Source of the DNA: an uncultured Lachnospiraceae bacterium | Lineage (GTDB): Bacteria > Bacillota > Clostridia > Oscillospirales > CAG-272 | Assembly (NCBI GenBank): GCA_964623895.1 | Contig: CAZUWA010000002.1 | Span: forward strand, 3,636 to 67,635 | DNA: 64,000 nucleotides | Direction of reading: 5' to 3' | Shown here: one piece after another, positions 18,588-27,276 of the stretch | Numbering within the stretch: the first letter of the stretch is position 1 | Layout of the letters: each line of letters starts with the position of its first letter | Position numbers and translations under genes: made by a program | Notes under the pieces: model-generated | The model's input: the letters and a program-made list of their open reading frames with translations, nothing else | The model's database searches: none | Told to the model about the DNA's origin: nothing

Positions 18588-19853
18588 ATGGGACTTATCA
18601 AAGCACTTGTCGATTCCGTCACCGGCGCACTTGCCGATCAATGGCTTGAAATACTCGAAGCGGACGGTATGTCTGATCATACCGTATTTGCAAAAGCGGT
18701 TGCCGTGCGCAAAAACGGCAACAAAAAAGGAACTGAAGGCGTTATTTCCAACGGTTCCGTCATCCATGTCTATCCCGGACAGTTTATGATGCTACTTGAC
18801 GGCGGCAAGGTGGTCGATTACACCGCCGAACCGGGCTATTACAAGGTAGACAGTTCTTCCGCTCCCTCTCTCTTTGCAGGACAATTCGGTAAAAGCTTGA
18901 AGGATGCATTTGTGCGTGTCGCATACGGCGGCAGCCCTTCCTATAAACAGCAGGTGTATTTTATCAATTTGCAAGAGATCAAAGGACTTCGTTTCGGCAC
19001 CCGTACGCCCGTCAATTATTTTGACACTTTCTATGGTGCGGAATTATTCCTTCGTGCACACGGAAACTATTCGGTAAAGATCACCAATCCGATCCTGTTC
19101 TATACCGAAGCCATCCCAAAAAACAAAGATCGTGTTGAAATGGAGGAAATCTCCGAGCAGTATCTCTCGGAATTCATGGAAGCACTGCAAGCATCGATCA
19201 ATCAAATGTCTGTAGACGGCATCCGCATTTCACACGTCGCATCCAAAGCAACAGATCTCTCCAAATACATGGCAAACTGTCTTGATGAATCATGGAATGC
19301 CGGACGCGGCTTTGAGGTCTGCTCGGTAGGCATTGCATCGGTCTCCTATGACGATGAGTCGAAAGAACTGATCAATATGCGCAACAAGGGTGCGATGCTT
19401 TCCGATGCCACCGTCAGAGAAGGCTATGTGCAAGGCTCTATCGCACGCGGTATCGAAGCGGCAGGAAGCAATACCGCAGGTTCCGCACAGGCATTCATGG
19501 GCATGGGCGTCGGCATGGGCACGGCAGGGGGATTTATGGGTGCCGCTTCCGAGACCAACCGTCAACAAATGGCAACAAATGCCGAGAAAGCAAAAAATGC
19601 CCCCGATCCGAACGCATGGATCTGCTCTTGCGGCGCAAACAACACCGGCAAGTTCTGTTCTGAATGCGGAAGCGCCAAACAGACAAAGGAAGAATGGACT
19701 TGCCCACATTGCGGAAGCAAAAACACCGGAAAATTCTGCTCTGAATGCGGTAATAAAAAGCCGGAAAACGTCGGCGAATGGTTCTGTACAGAATGCGGAC
19801 ACAAAAACGCGGCAGAAAGCAAATTCTGCCCTGAATGCGGACACAAAAAATAA
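18588..19853 (+). CDS. SPFH-domain protein (YdjI-like) with three C-terminal zinc ribbons
   Basis: The N-terminal ~300 aa resemble the YdjI/COG4260 SPFH family. A Gly/Met-rich linker is followed by three units: WICSCGANNTGKFCSECG, WTCPHCGSKNTGKFCSECG and WFCTECGHKNAAESKFCPECG. Confidence 0.65.
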   Translation: MGLIKALVDSVTGALADQWLEILEADGMSDHTVFAKAVAVRKNGNKKGTEGVISNGSVIHVYPGQFMMLLDGGKVVDYTAEPGYYKVDSSSAPSLFAGQFGKSLKDAFVRVAYGGSPSYKQQVYFINLQEIKGLRFGTRTPVNYFDTFYGAELFLRAHGNYSVKITNPILFYTEAIPKNKDRVEMEEISEQYLSEFMEALQASINQMSVDGIRISHVASKATDLSKYMANCLDESWNAGRGFEVCSVGIASVSYDDESKELINMRNKGAMLSDATVREGYVQGSIARGIEAAGSNTAGSAQAFMGMGVGMGTAGGFMGAASETNRQQMATNAEKAKNAPDPNAWICSCGANNTGKFCSECGSAKQTKEEWTCPHCGSKNTGKFCSECGNKKPENVGEWFCTECGHKNAAESKFCPECGHKK

Positions 19854-19882
19854 ACAAAGCAAAAATCGAAAGAGTGATATAA

Positions 19883-21016
19883 ATGAGCAGTTCTACAACA
19901 TTCTATTGCCCCTCCTGTGGAGCTGGACTTCGCTACGATCCCGAAAAGAAAAAATTCGTCTGTGACTACTGCCTGTCTGAATTTGAAAAGGATGAATTGG
20001 ATGCTCTTGAAGAAAAGGCACGTGAAAAAGCGGAAGAGGAAGAGCGCACCCATCCCGAGCCAATCGATGATTTTTCAGACGAAAGTGAAGAAGCAGATGA
20101 TTCAGAGGAACGGGCGACAGAAGATGCAGAATATTCAACGCACATTTCCGAATATATATGCCCATCCTGTGGCGCGGAGATCCTTGCTGACGAAAACACC
20201 GCCGCAACCTTTTGCTACTATTGCCACAACCCCGTTATCAACGCAAAGCGGATGTCCGGCGCGTACAAGCCCGACAAGATCGTTCCTTTCGCCTTTGATA
20301 AGGAACAAGCTATTGAAAAGTTTTTGAATTACACCAAGAAAAAGACCTTCGTTCCGAAGGATTTCTTCAAAAGGGAACAGGTAGAAAAACTTACCGGCAT
20401 CTACTATCCCTTTTGGGTGACCGATGCCGACGTTGCGGCAAAACTTGTCGCACGCGCCACCAGAGTTCACAGTTGGCAAATGGGAGACAAGCAATACACC
20501 GAAACGAGCTATTTCAATATCACGCGCGAAGGAAACGTCCATTTTGAAGACCTCTGCAATCTTGCGCTCGACAAAGAAGACCGCGATATGATCGAAGGTA
20601 TTCTCCCCTTTCCGAGCGACAGCCATCTGCCATTTTCAATGTCCTACACTTCCGGATTTATGGCAAAAAAACGAGACCTCGACAAGTCGGTATTCAAGAA
20701 TGATTTAAACGACCGTATGCGCCGATACAGCACAGAATTACTGCAACGGGACATTCAAGGCTACGCCACCGTCTCTCCGCGTGAGCGCTCGGTACGGCTG
20801 AAGAACGCGCACTATGACTACACCCTGTTTCCGGTCTGGGTGCTGACTTATCGCAAAAAAGGCTCAAAAAAGGTCTATACTTATGCTTTAAACGGTGTCA
20901 CCGGAAAATTTTACGGAGAATTGCCGGTGGACTATCGAAAACTCACCCTCCTTGCAGGGCTGACGGCACTGGCAGTCGGTGCCCTCGTCTTTTTGATCGG
21001 AGGGTTTCTGCTATGA
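19883..21016 (+). CDS. Double zinc-ribbon membrane-anchored protein (YdjG-like)
   Basis: FYCPSCGAGLRYDPEKKKFVCDYC, then an acidic linker, then YICPSCGAEILADENTAATFCYYCHNPV. C-terminal TM segment LLAGLTALAVGALVFLIGGFLL. Its stop overlaps the next start (ATGA at 21013). Confidence 0.55.
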   Translation: MSSSTTFYCPSCGAGLRYDPEKKKFVCDYCLSEFEKDELDALEEKAREKAEEEERTHPEPIDDFSDESEEADDSEERATEDAEYSTHISEYICPSCGAEILADENTAATFCYYCHNPVINAKRMSGAYKPDKIVPFAFDKEQAIEKFLNYTKKKTFVPKDFFKREQVEKLTGIYYPFWVTDADVAAKLVARATRVHSWQMGDKQYTETSYFNITREGNVHFEDLCNLALDKEDRDMIEGILPFPSDSHLPFSMSYTSGFMAKKRDLDKSVFKNDLNDRMRRYSTELLQRDIQGYATVSPRERSVRLKNAHYDYTLFPVWVLTYRKKGSKKVYTYALNGVTGKFYGELPVDYRKLTLLAGLTALAVGALVFLIGGFLL

Positions 21017-21792
21017 AAAAACATATCATTATACTTTTTTCTCTTTTAACCGTTCTGTCTCTGACCCTATTTCCGACAAACGCCGCGGAAGAAAAGGGAC
21101 ATGTTTTTGACAATGCAAATTACTTGACCGAGGCAGAAGAGGAACAGTTGGAAGATCTGCTTGCAAAAGCATCCGAGAGTGGAGTTTACTACCTTGTATA
21201 TACAAGCACGCGCTATATCGAACAGGATCGTTACGATGCCCTGATCAAAAAGCTTGGCTTTTCTGTAAATGATGATCTGGCGCTGTTCGCTATCTATCCT
21301 CCCCAACTCTCCGGTGCGGCATACGGCTACAATTTAGCGGTTTACGGTGTAGCGGACAAAAGACTCAGCTACGATGAATACAATACCATTCTTGATCACA
21401 AAGACATCATGGATAACATATATGCCGGTGATCTTTTGGAAGGGCTTTCTGCCTTTCCATCTCTGACACAGTACCACATTGAGCACGGAAAAGGGAAGGA
21501 TGGCTACCGAGAACCAGGTTTTTCCATCGGTTTCAATCAGATCCTCCTCACTTTTGGCGCAATGCTCGTCACCTTCCTCATCTTCTTTTTTTCGGTACGT
21601 TCGTCCTACCGCAAGAAAAACAAAGGCGGACAGTATCCCCTTGACCAATACAGCACGACCGAGATCACTAACCGAAGAGAACGCTATTCACACAGGCGCA
21701 TTTCGGTCATCACCATTGCAAGAAATCCCGGTGGCGGCGGTCACGGTGGCGCACACGGCGGTCACGGCGGTGCGCGCAGCGGCGGAAGATAA
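21013..21792 (+). CDS. TPM-domain (UPF0603/YdjH-like) membrane protein
   Basis: Signal peptide, then HVFDNANYLTEAEEEQLEDLL...YYLVYTS (the start of a TPM domain), a TM segment (ILLTFGAMLVTFLIFFF) and a Gly/His-rich tail (GGGGHGGAHGGHGGARSGGR). Confidence 0.65.
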   Translation: MKKHIIILFSLLTVLSLTLFPTNAAEEKGHVFDNANYLTEAEEEQLEDLLAKASESGVYYLVYTSTRYIEQDRYDALIKKLGFSVNDDLALFAIYPPQLSGAAYGYNLAVYGVADKRLSYDEYNTILDHKDIMDNIYAGDLLEGLSAFPSLTQYHIEHGKGKDGYREPGFSIGFNQILLTFGAMLVTFLIFFFSVRSSYRKKNKGGQYPLDQYSTTEITNRRERYSHRRISVITIARNPGGGGHGGAHGGHGGARSGGR

Positions 21793-21953
21793 CCGGAGCG
21801 CAAAGGGTGATGTGCTTTTTAAAGGCTGTGCGTCCTTGACCCCGCCACCCTTCGGAAAGAGTAGCCGAAAACTTCAGAAGAAAAACAAGAGATCCCTACT
21901 TTCAAGATATCTCAAAAAAACTTTCAAAATCAAAGAGAAGGAGCATATTTTCA

Positions 21954-22442
21954 GTGGAACGAGTCAGTAAGATCAACTATTATCTTGATATTGCGGAAAC
22001 AGTCGCAGAACGGAGCACCTGCTTACGCCGCTGTTTCGGCGCGATCATCGTCAAAAACGATTCGATCATCTCCACCGGCTACAACGGCGCCCCGCGCGGA
22101 CGAAAAAACTGTTCCGATCTTGGTGTCTGCAGAAGGGAAGAAATGAATATTCCTCGCGGAGAACGGTACGAGCTCTGCCGTTCGGTGCATGCCGAAGCGA
22201 ATGCCATTATTGCGGCCTCCAGAGAAGATATGATCGGATCGACTCTGTATATGGCTTGCGTTTCTCCTCAAACGGGCGAACTTCTCGCACACACCACCTC
22301 TTGCGCCATGTGCAAACGGCAGGCGATCAACGCAGGCATTGAGAAGGTGATCGTTCGAGACGACAAGGAGCATTACTCCATCTATCCCGTCTCAAACTGG
22401 ATCGAAAATGATGACAGTCTCGGCGACAAACTGGGCTACTGA
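21954..22442 (+). CDS. dCMP deaminase (ComEB-type cytidine/deoxycytidylate deaminase)
   Basis: HAEANAI zinc/catalytic motif and the ...CAMCKRQAINAGI second zinc ligand pair. GTG start with AAGGAG upstream. Confidence 0.8.
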   Translation: MERVSKINYYLDIAETVAERSTCLRRCFGAIIVKNDSIISTGYNGAPRGRKNCSDLGVCRREEMNIPRGERYELCRSVHAEANAIIAASREDMIGSTLYMACVSPQTGELLAHTTSCAMCKRQAINAGIEKVIVRDDKEHYSIYPVSNWIENDDSLGDKLGY

Positions 22443-22446
22443 TCAG

Positions 22447-22908
22447 ATGAACGAACCGTCTCTTCAGATCCTCCCATGCGGAAGCAATACCGACCTCGCG
22501 CTCGCTCAAACTCTGGCGCATTTGGAAGCAATCTGCTTTTCACAGCCATGGAGCGAAAGCAGCTACCGTTTCATCCTATCCTCCCCCTATCACCGTTTGA
22601 TCCTGCTAAAAAAAGAAGACCGCATTATCGGTTGGGCGGTGCTCTTTCTCATATTTGAAGAAGGAGAACTGCAAAATATTGCCGTTCTTCCCGAGGAACG
22701 CGGCAAGGGATACGGCGATCGTCTTTTGAAGGCAGCGATCAAAGAGATCAAAGCGGGCGGCGGAGAATCCCTGCGTTTAGAAGTGCGAGAAGGAAATATC
22801 CCTGCGCGAAAACTGTATTTAAAAAACGGTTTCTCAGAAGAGGGAAAACGAAAAAAATACTATAAAAATCCGATTGAAGATGCCATTTTGATGACCGCCA
22901 TTCTCTGA
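22447..22908 (+). CDS. rimI: Ribosomal-protein-alanine N-acetyltransferase
   Basis: GNAT core ELQNIAVLPEERGKGYGDRLL and LEVREGNIPARKLYLKNGF. It sits directly upstream of tsaD, as is usual. ATG at 22447 follows the deaminase stop. Confidence 0.8.
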   Translation: MNEPSLQILPCGSNTDLALAQTLAHLEAICFSQPWSESSYRFILSSPYHRLILLKKEDRIIGWAVLFLIFEEGELQNIAVLPEERGKGYGDRLLKAAIKEIKAGGGESLRLEVREGNIPARKLYLKNGFSEEGKRKKYYKNPIEDAILMTAIL

Positions 22909-22967
22909 GGTCTTCCGCTTTTTCCAAAAATGCTTTTCGGGCGTCCAATGCCCACAAAGGACAAATC

Positions 22968-23984
22968 ATGTTGATACTTTCATTCGAATCCTCATGCGAC
23001 GAGACTGCGGCTGCCGTCGTGGAGGTTAAAGAAGAAACGGGCGTGCCGATCATCCGTGCAAGCCTTGTCGCTTCTCAGATCGCAGTACACGCACTATACG
23101 GCGGCGTTGTACCGGAAATCGCCAGCCGCGCACACTGCGAAGCCATCTCCTCTCTTGCCACAGGCGCGCTGAAAGAGGCAAATGTCGGCATTGACGAGAT
23201 CGATGCCGTTGCCGTCACTGCCACACCGGGACTGATCGGACCGCTTTTGGTCGGTGTGAGTTTTGCCAAAGCGTTCGCCTTTGCCAATGACAAGCCGCTC
23301 ATTCCCGTCAACCATATCATGGGACATGTTGCGGCATGCTATCCTTTTTTCTCAGATCTGAAGCCGCCCTTCCACGCAATGGTCGTCTCCGGCTCGCACA
23401 CCTCTCTTCTAAGAGTCGATGATTACACCGTTTACACTGCACTCGGCATGACAAGAGACGATGCCGCAGGAGAAGCCTTTGACAAAGTCGCGCGCGTTCT
23501 CGGACTCCCCTATCCGGGAGGAGCTGAAATGGATCGCCTTGCGTCACTCGGTAACCCCAATGCCATCAAATTTCCGAGCGTTGCGGTTGCGGGCGATACC
23601 CTCGATTTTTCCTTCTCGGGTCTGAAAACAGCTGTACTGAATTATGTCAACAGTATGACCCAAAAAGGGGAGGAGATCTCAAGAGAAGATGTCGCAGCAT
23701 CTTTCACCAAAGCCATTACTTCCGGCATTTACAAGCGGCTCTCAAGCGCCTATGAACAAGAGCCGTTTGAACAATTCGTTCTGGCAGGCGGCGTTTCCGC
23801 TAATTCACATCTGCGAGCCGCATGCGAGCGCTTTGGTAAGAAGCACGGCGTGAAGATATTTTATGCGCCGAAGGAATACTGCACAGATAATGCCGCAATG
23901 ATCGGCGTACAAGGCTATTATGAAGCCAAAAACGGACATTTTGCAGATTTCGACCTAAACCCCGAGGCGACCTGTGACATTTAA
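22968..23984 (+). CDS. tsaD: tRNA N6-adenosine threonylcarbamoyltransferase
   Basis: MLILSFESSCDETAAAVV start, the metal-binding motif NHIMGHV and GGVSANSHLR. Confidence 0.93.
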   Translation: MLILSFESSCDETAAAVVEVKEETGVPIIRASLVASQIAVHALYGGVVPEIASRAHCEAISSLATGALKEANVGIDEIDAVAVTATPGLIGPLLVGVSFAKAFAFANDKPLIPVNHIMGHVAACYPFFSDLKPPFHAMVVSGSHTSLLRVDDYTVYTALGMTRDDAAGEAFDKVARVLGLPYPGGAEMDRLASLGNPNAIKFPSVAVAGDTLDFSFSGLKTAVLNYVNSMTQKGEEISREDVAASFTKAITSGIYKRLSSAYEQEPFEQFVLAGGVSANSHLRAACERFGKKHGVKIFYAPKEYCTDNAAMIGVQGYYEAKNGHFADFDLNPEATCDI

Positions 23985-24126
23985 AAGACATTTAGTGATT
24001 TTGCCTACGACCTTCTTTGCAATTCCCACGAAAAAACAGAGAAAGTCGGGCAAAAATCGGTCAAAAAAGAGCAGTATCCACTGTCGGTAAATTGGGATTT
24101 TTTTCCAAAATCCGACTGTTTATGCT

Positions 24127-24239
24127 TGTGGATAACTTGCAAAAGTCTGTGGAAAAAGTTATAAAGCCCGATAAATAGTGGGTTCGCGATCGCACAATTT
24201 CCTAGAAACTGTGGATAACCCTGTGGAAATTGTGGAAAA
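24127..24239 (+). promoter_or_regulatory. Cluster of five same-orientation DnaA boxes outside oriC
   Basis: TGTGGATAA at 24127 and 24210 (both perfect reverse complements of TTATCCACA), TGTGGAAAA at 24148 and 24231, and TGTGGAAAT at 24222. The last three boxes are packed into 30 bp just before a TTGCCA -35-like hexamer at 24244. Confidence 0.75.
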
Positions 24240-24342
24240 CAGCTTGCCAAAATAGCGAAAAAATATTTATTCAAACTGCACAAAATGCGAATAGCGAAAG
24301 CAAGCCGAGAAAACTGCTGAATACGGGAAGATCGGAAAAATT

Positions 24343-25422
24343 ATGAAATTAGAACTGAACTATCAAAGCGCCGTCATAAACCTTCCGGGGGCTGTTGCGG
24401 AAAAACTTGATAACGCAGGAGAGACCGACCTAAAGGTATTGCTCTTTCTTGCGGCGCATCCGGAATGCATGGAAGACTTTGACAGCGCGAAAACGGCTGT
24501 CGCACTCAACATATCCGACCGCGAGATCGAGCAGTCCGTTGCCTTTTGGCGCGGTGCGGGAATATTAAAAAGCGGCAAAACCTCAAAAAAAGCAATCAAG
24601 GCGCCGCAAAAGCAGGAAAGCGCCGCAGACGAGCAAACCGATCGGGAAAATGATATCCGTTCGGGCGCGCCGATCGTGGCATCGCGTGTCAAAGATCTAC
24701 CCGTTTACACCGGCGCTGAGATCGAACAGTTGATGCATGAACGCAAAAAACTGAAAAATCTGTTAAGAGACTGTCAGAGCATTCTCGGAAAAGTATTCAA
24801 CGTCTCGGAGAGCAACAAAATTATCGCCCTTTCGAGTTATCTGCAATTACCGGATGAGTACATTCTTCTTCTTTGCAGTTATTGTGTCAGCAAAGATCGC
24901 GCAAGCGTTCCGTATGTAGTTTCGGAAGCGGTGCGGTTACACGACAGCGGAGTCACCGATTACCAAAAACTGGAGGAATATATCTCACAGAGAGAAGCGC
25001 AGAATGACTTCAACAACTTTATCCGCCATCTTTCCGGCATCGGCGACCGCGTCTTAACTCCCTACGAAGAAAAAACCTTTGCCAAATGGGCAGGCTTCGG
25101 CTATTCGAAAGAAGTCATTACCTGCGCATATCGGATCTCGGTAGACAGTACCGCCAAAATCGTTTTCAAGCATATGGACAAAATCTTGCAAACTTGGCAT
25201 GATGCCGGCGTGAAGACCTTGGAGGACGCCAAGGATTTCACCGCAAAACATACCGAAGAGATAAAAAAATTGTATGCACTAAAAAAGGAAAAGGAAAAAA
25301 GCGGTACGCCAAAAGCAGAAAACAAGGAAGACTTTGTCAGTTTCGATACCGATGAATTTTTCGCTGCCGCACTGAAAAAGAGCGAGGAAGAGTTAAAATC
25401 ATCGGAAAGTGAAAGTCAATAA
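24343..25422 (+). CDS. DnaD-domain replication initiation/helicase-loading cofactor (DnaD / B. subtilis DnaB-like)
   Basis: C-terminal DnaB_2/DnaD-type repeat: FAKWAGFGYSKEVITCAYRISVDSTAKIVFKHMDKILQTWHDAGVKTLEDAKDF. An earlier similar unit is IIALSSYLQLPDEYILLLCSYCV. Confidence 0.7.
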   Translation: MKLELNYQSAVINLPGAVAEKLDNAGETDLKVLLFLAAHPECMEDFDSAKTAVALNISDREIEQSVAFWRGAGILKSGKTSKKAIKAPQKQESAADEQTDRENDIRSGAPIVASRVKDLPVYTGAEIEQLMHERKKLKNLLRDCQSILGKVFNVSESNKIIALSSYLQLPDEYILLLCSYCVSKDRASVPYVVSEAVRLHDSGVTDYQKLEEYISQREAQNDFNNFIRHLSGIGDRVLTPYEEKTFAKWAGFGYSKEVITCAYRISVDSTAKIVFKHMDKILQTWHDAGVKTLEDAKDFTAKHTEEIKKLYALKKEKEKSGTPKAENKEDFVSFDTDEFFAAALKKSEEELKSSESESQ

Positions 25423-25559
25423 AAAGAATACCGCGTGGAACCTTTGATCGGCTTACACGATCCGTTTAATTAAACATCCCCGTTTCACGCAAAGATCTTA
25501 CCTTTCAATATTCACGATTACGATTTGTGCCGTCGCAAAGCGGCAAAATGGAGATTCAC

Positions 25560-26519
25560 ATGAGTTACAGTCCCGAAGTTTACGCAAAAGTCAAAAAGGA
25601 ATATGAACGGCGTCGGCAAAAGGTAAGCGAAGAGCAGGAAGCGCATCTCCGCTATTTTGAAGAGCACATTCCCGGCGGCAGAGAGATCGAAGAGATCCTT
25701 TCAAAGACAGGACTGCGCATCATGGAGGCGATCTCCGCACCGGACCGAGAAAAAGCCCTTGCGGCAGTCCGAAAAGAAAATGAAACGTTGGTCGCACGCA
25801 GAGCGGCGCTTTTGACCTTCAACGGTCTTCCTGCCGATTACTGCGATGCGCACTACATCTGTCCCAACTGTTTTGACACCGGCTACAAGGACGGCAAGAC
25901 CTGCACCTGCATGAGGGAACTGCTCTATAAAGCACAGGCAGAGTTTTCAGGGCTTGGCATGTTGCTTTCCGGGCAATCCTTCGAAAATTTTAATACAGAA
26001 TACTATCCCGATCCCGCGCGCGCCAAGGGAATTCTGAAATTCTGCAAAGAATATGCCGAAAACTGCGTGGAAAAGAACAGGAACTTACTGTTCTTGGGCG
26101 GCACAGGTCTCGGAAAGACGCATCTTTCCACCGCCATTGCCGATAGAGTGATGAAAACCGGCAACAGCGTGGTCTATGAAAGCGCGCCGAATATTTTTGC
26201 CGATTTCCAGTATGAACGCTTCGGCAGAAGCTTTTCCGATCAGTCCGCTTCCAGAACCGAGAAGTATTTTTCAGCGGATCTGCTGATCATCGACGATCTG
26301 GGCAGTGAAATGATCAATCAATTCACTATCTCTGCTCTGTACAACCTCTTGAACACACGCTTGGTCAGCGGAAGACCGATCCTGATTAACACCAACCTAT
26401 CGCAAAAAGAATTGCGAGATCACTATGAGAGTCGGATCACCAGTCGCATTTTCGGAGAATTTACCCTCATTTTATTAGAGGGCAAAGACATCCGAATGCA
26501 GAAAAAATTCGGAAAATGA
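25560..26519 (+). CDS. dnaI: DnaI/DnaC-type AAA+ helicase loader
   Basis: N-terminal CxxC...C.C zinc module (CPNCFDTGYKDGKTCTC), Walker A LLFLGGTGLGKTHLSTAI and Walker B LLIIDDLGSE. The ATG at 25560 follows GGAG by 7 nt. Confidence 0.8.
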   Translation: MSYSPEVYAKVKKEYERRRQKVSEEQEAHLRYFEEHIPGGREIEEILSKTGLRIMEAISAPDREKALAAVRKENETLVARRAALLTFNGLPADYCDAHYICPNCFDTGYKDGKTCTCMRELLYKAQAEFSGLGMLLSGQSFENFNTEYYPDPARAKGILKFCKEYAENCVEKNRNLLFLGGTGLGKTHLSTAIADRVMKTGNSVVYESAPNIFADFQYERFGRSFSDQSASRTEKYFSADLLIIDDLGSEMINQFTISALYNLLNTRLVSGRPILINTNLSQKELRDHYESRITSRIFGEFTLILLEGKDIRMQKKFGK

Positions 26520-27100
26520 TGACAGTCAAAAAACCGACTCTGATCTATCCGGTGATCGTGGAAGGGAAATACGACAGAATCAAGTTGTCCTCCCTTTTTG
26601 AGGGACAGTTCATTGAAACAAGTGGTTTCAGCATCTTTAAAGATCACGAAAAGCAGTCGTTTTTTCGCCGCCTTGCAGAAAAAAGTCCTCTCATTTTGCT
26701 TACCGACAGTGATGGTGCAGGGATGTTGATCCGCAACCGCATGAAAGCGCTGATCCCGAAAGATCGTCTGATACACCTCTACATTCCGCAGGTCTGTGGC
26801 AAAGAAAAGCGGAAGGATGCCCCTTCCAAGGAGGGCATTTTGGGGGTGGAAGGAACCGATACCGCACTTTTGCGCGCCCTTCTCGCACCCTACACTGCTG
26901 ATGCCGCAAAGCGCTCGCACAGCCTACCGCTTCGCAGGATCGAACTGTATGAAAAGGGCTACGACGGCACACCCGATGCAAAAGAAAAGAGAAGAGCCCT
27001 TTGTAAACGGCTTTCTCTGCCGGAAAACCTTTCTACCTCGGCGCTCCTCGATGCTTTGAATCTGCTCTATACAAGAGAAGAACTCGAAAAGATTCTGTAA
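26516..27100 (+). CDS. Toprim-domain protein (RNase M5-like / DUF4093-like)
   Basis: Toprim glutamate (YPVIVEGKYD) and DxD (LLTDSDGAG). The start ATG overlaps the dnaI-like stop (ATGA). Confidence 0.65.
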   Translation: MMTVKKPTLIYPVIVEGKYDRIKLSSLFEGQFIETSGFSIFKDHEKQSFFRRLAEKSPLILLTDSDGAGMLIRNRMKALIPKDRLIHLYIPQVCGKEKRKDAPSKEGILGVEGTDTALLRALLAPYTADAAKRSHSLPLRRIELYEKGYDGTPDAKEKRRALCKRLSLPENLSTSALLDALNLLYTREELEKIL

Positions 27101-27276
27101 AAATTACCGATCCTGCCCTTACCGAGGTTTTACTGGTTTCCTCCTTGACTATCGTCAAAAAAACGCAGGAAAACCTCAAAAGCGAAAAACAAACTCTTGT
27201 TTAAAGTTTTGAGGAGACTCTTTTTCGAAAAGTGTGCGGTTCATCCTTCAAACGCACCGGGCAAGGCATGAGATCT

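Noticed and set aside
19290-20207. Several 100-190-aa ORFs on both strands across the zinc-ribbon and acidic-linker regions
   Set aside because: The repetitive, purine-rich coding DNA keeps alternative frames open. Their products are low-complexity Cys/Phe/Arg strings, and all overlap the two well-supported genes.
24005-24283. 92-aa minus-strand ORF in the tsaD / dnaD-like spacer
   Set aside because: It is composed largely of translated DnaA boxes (repeated PQ.. / FPQ motifs) and has no RBS. The region is better explained as a DnaA-box cluster and promoter.
25431-25480. parS-like fragments (CGCGTGGAAC, GTTTCACGC) between the dnaD-like and dnaI-like genes
   Set aside because: These are only half-sites. 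Neither forms the 16-bp palindrome.
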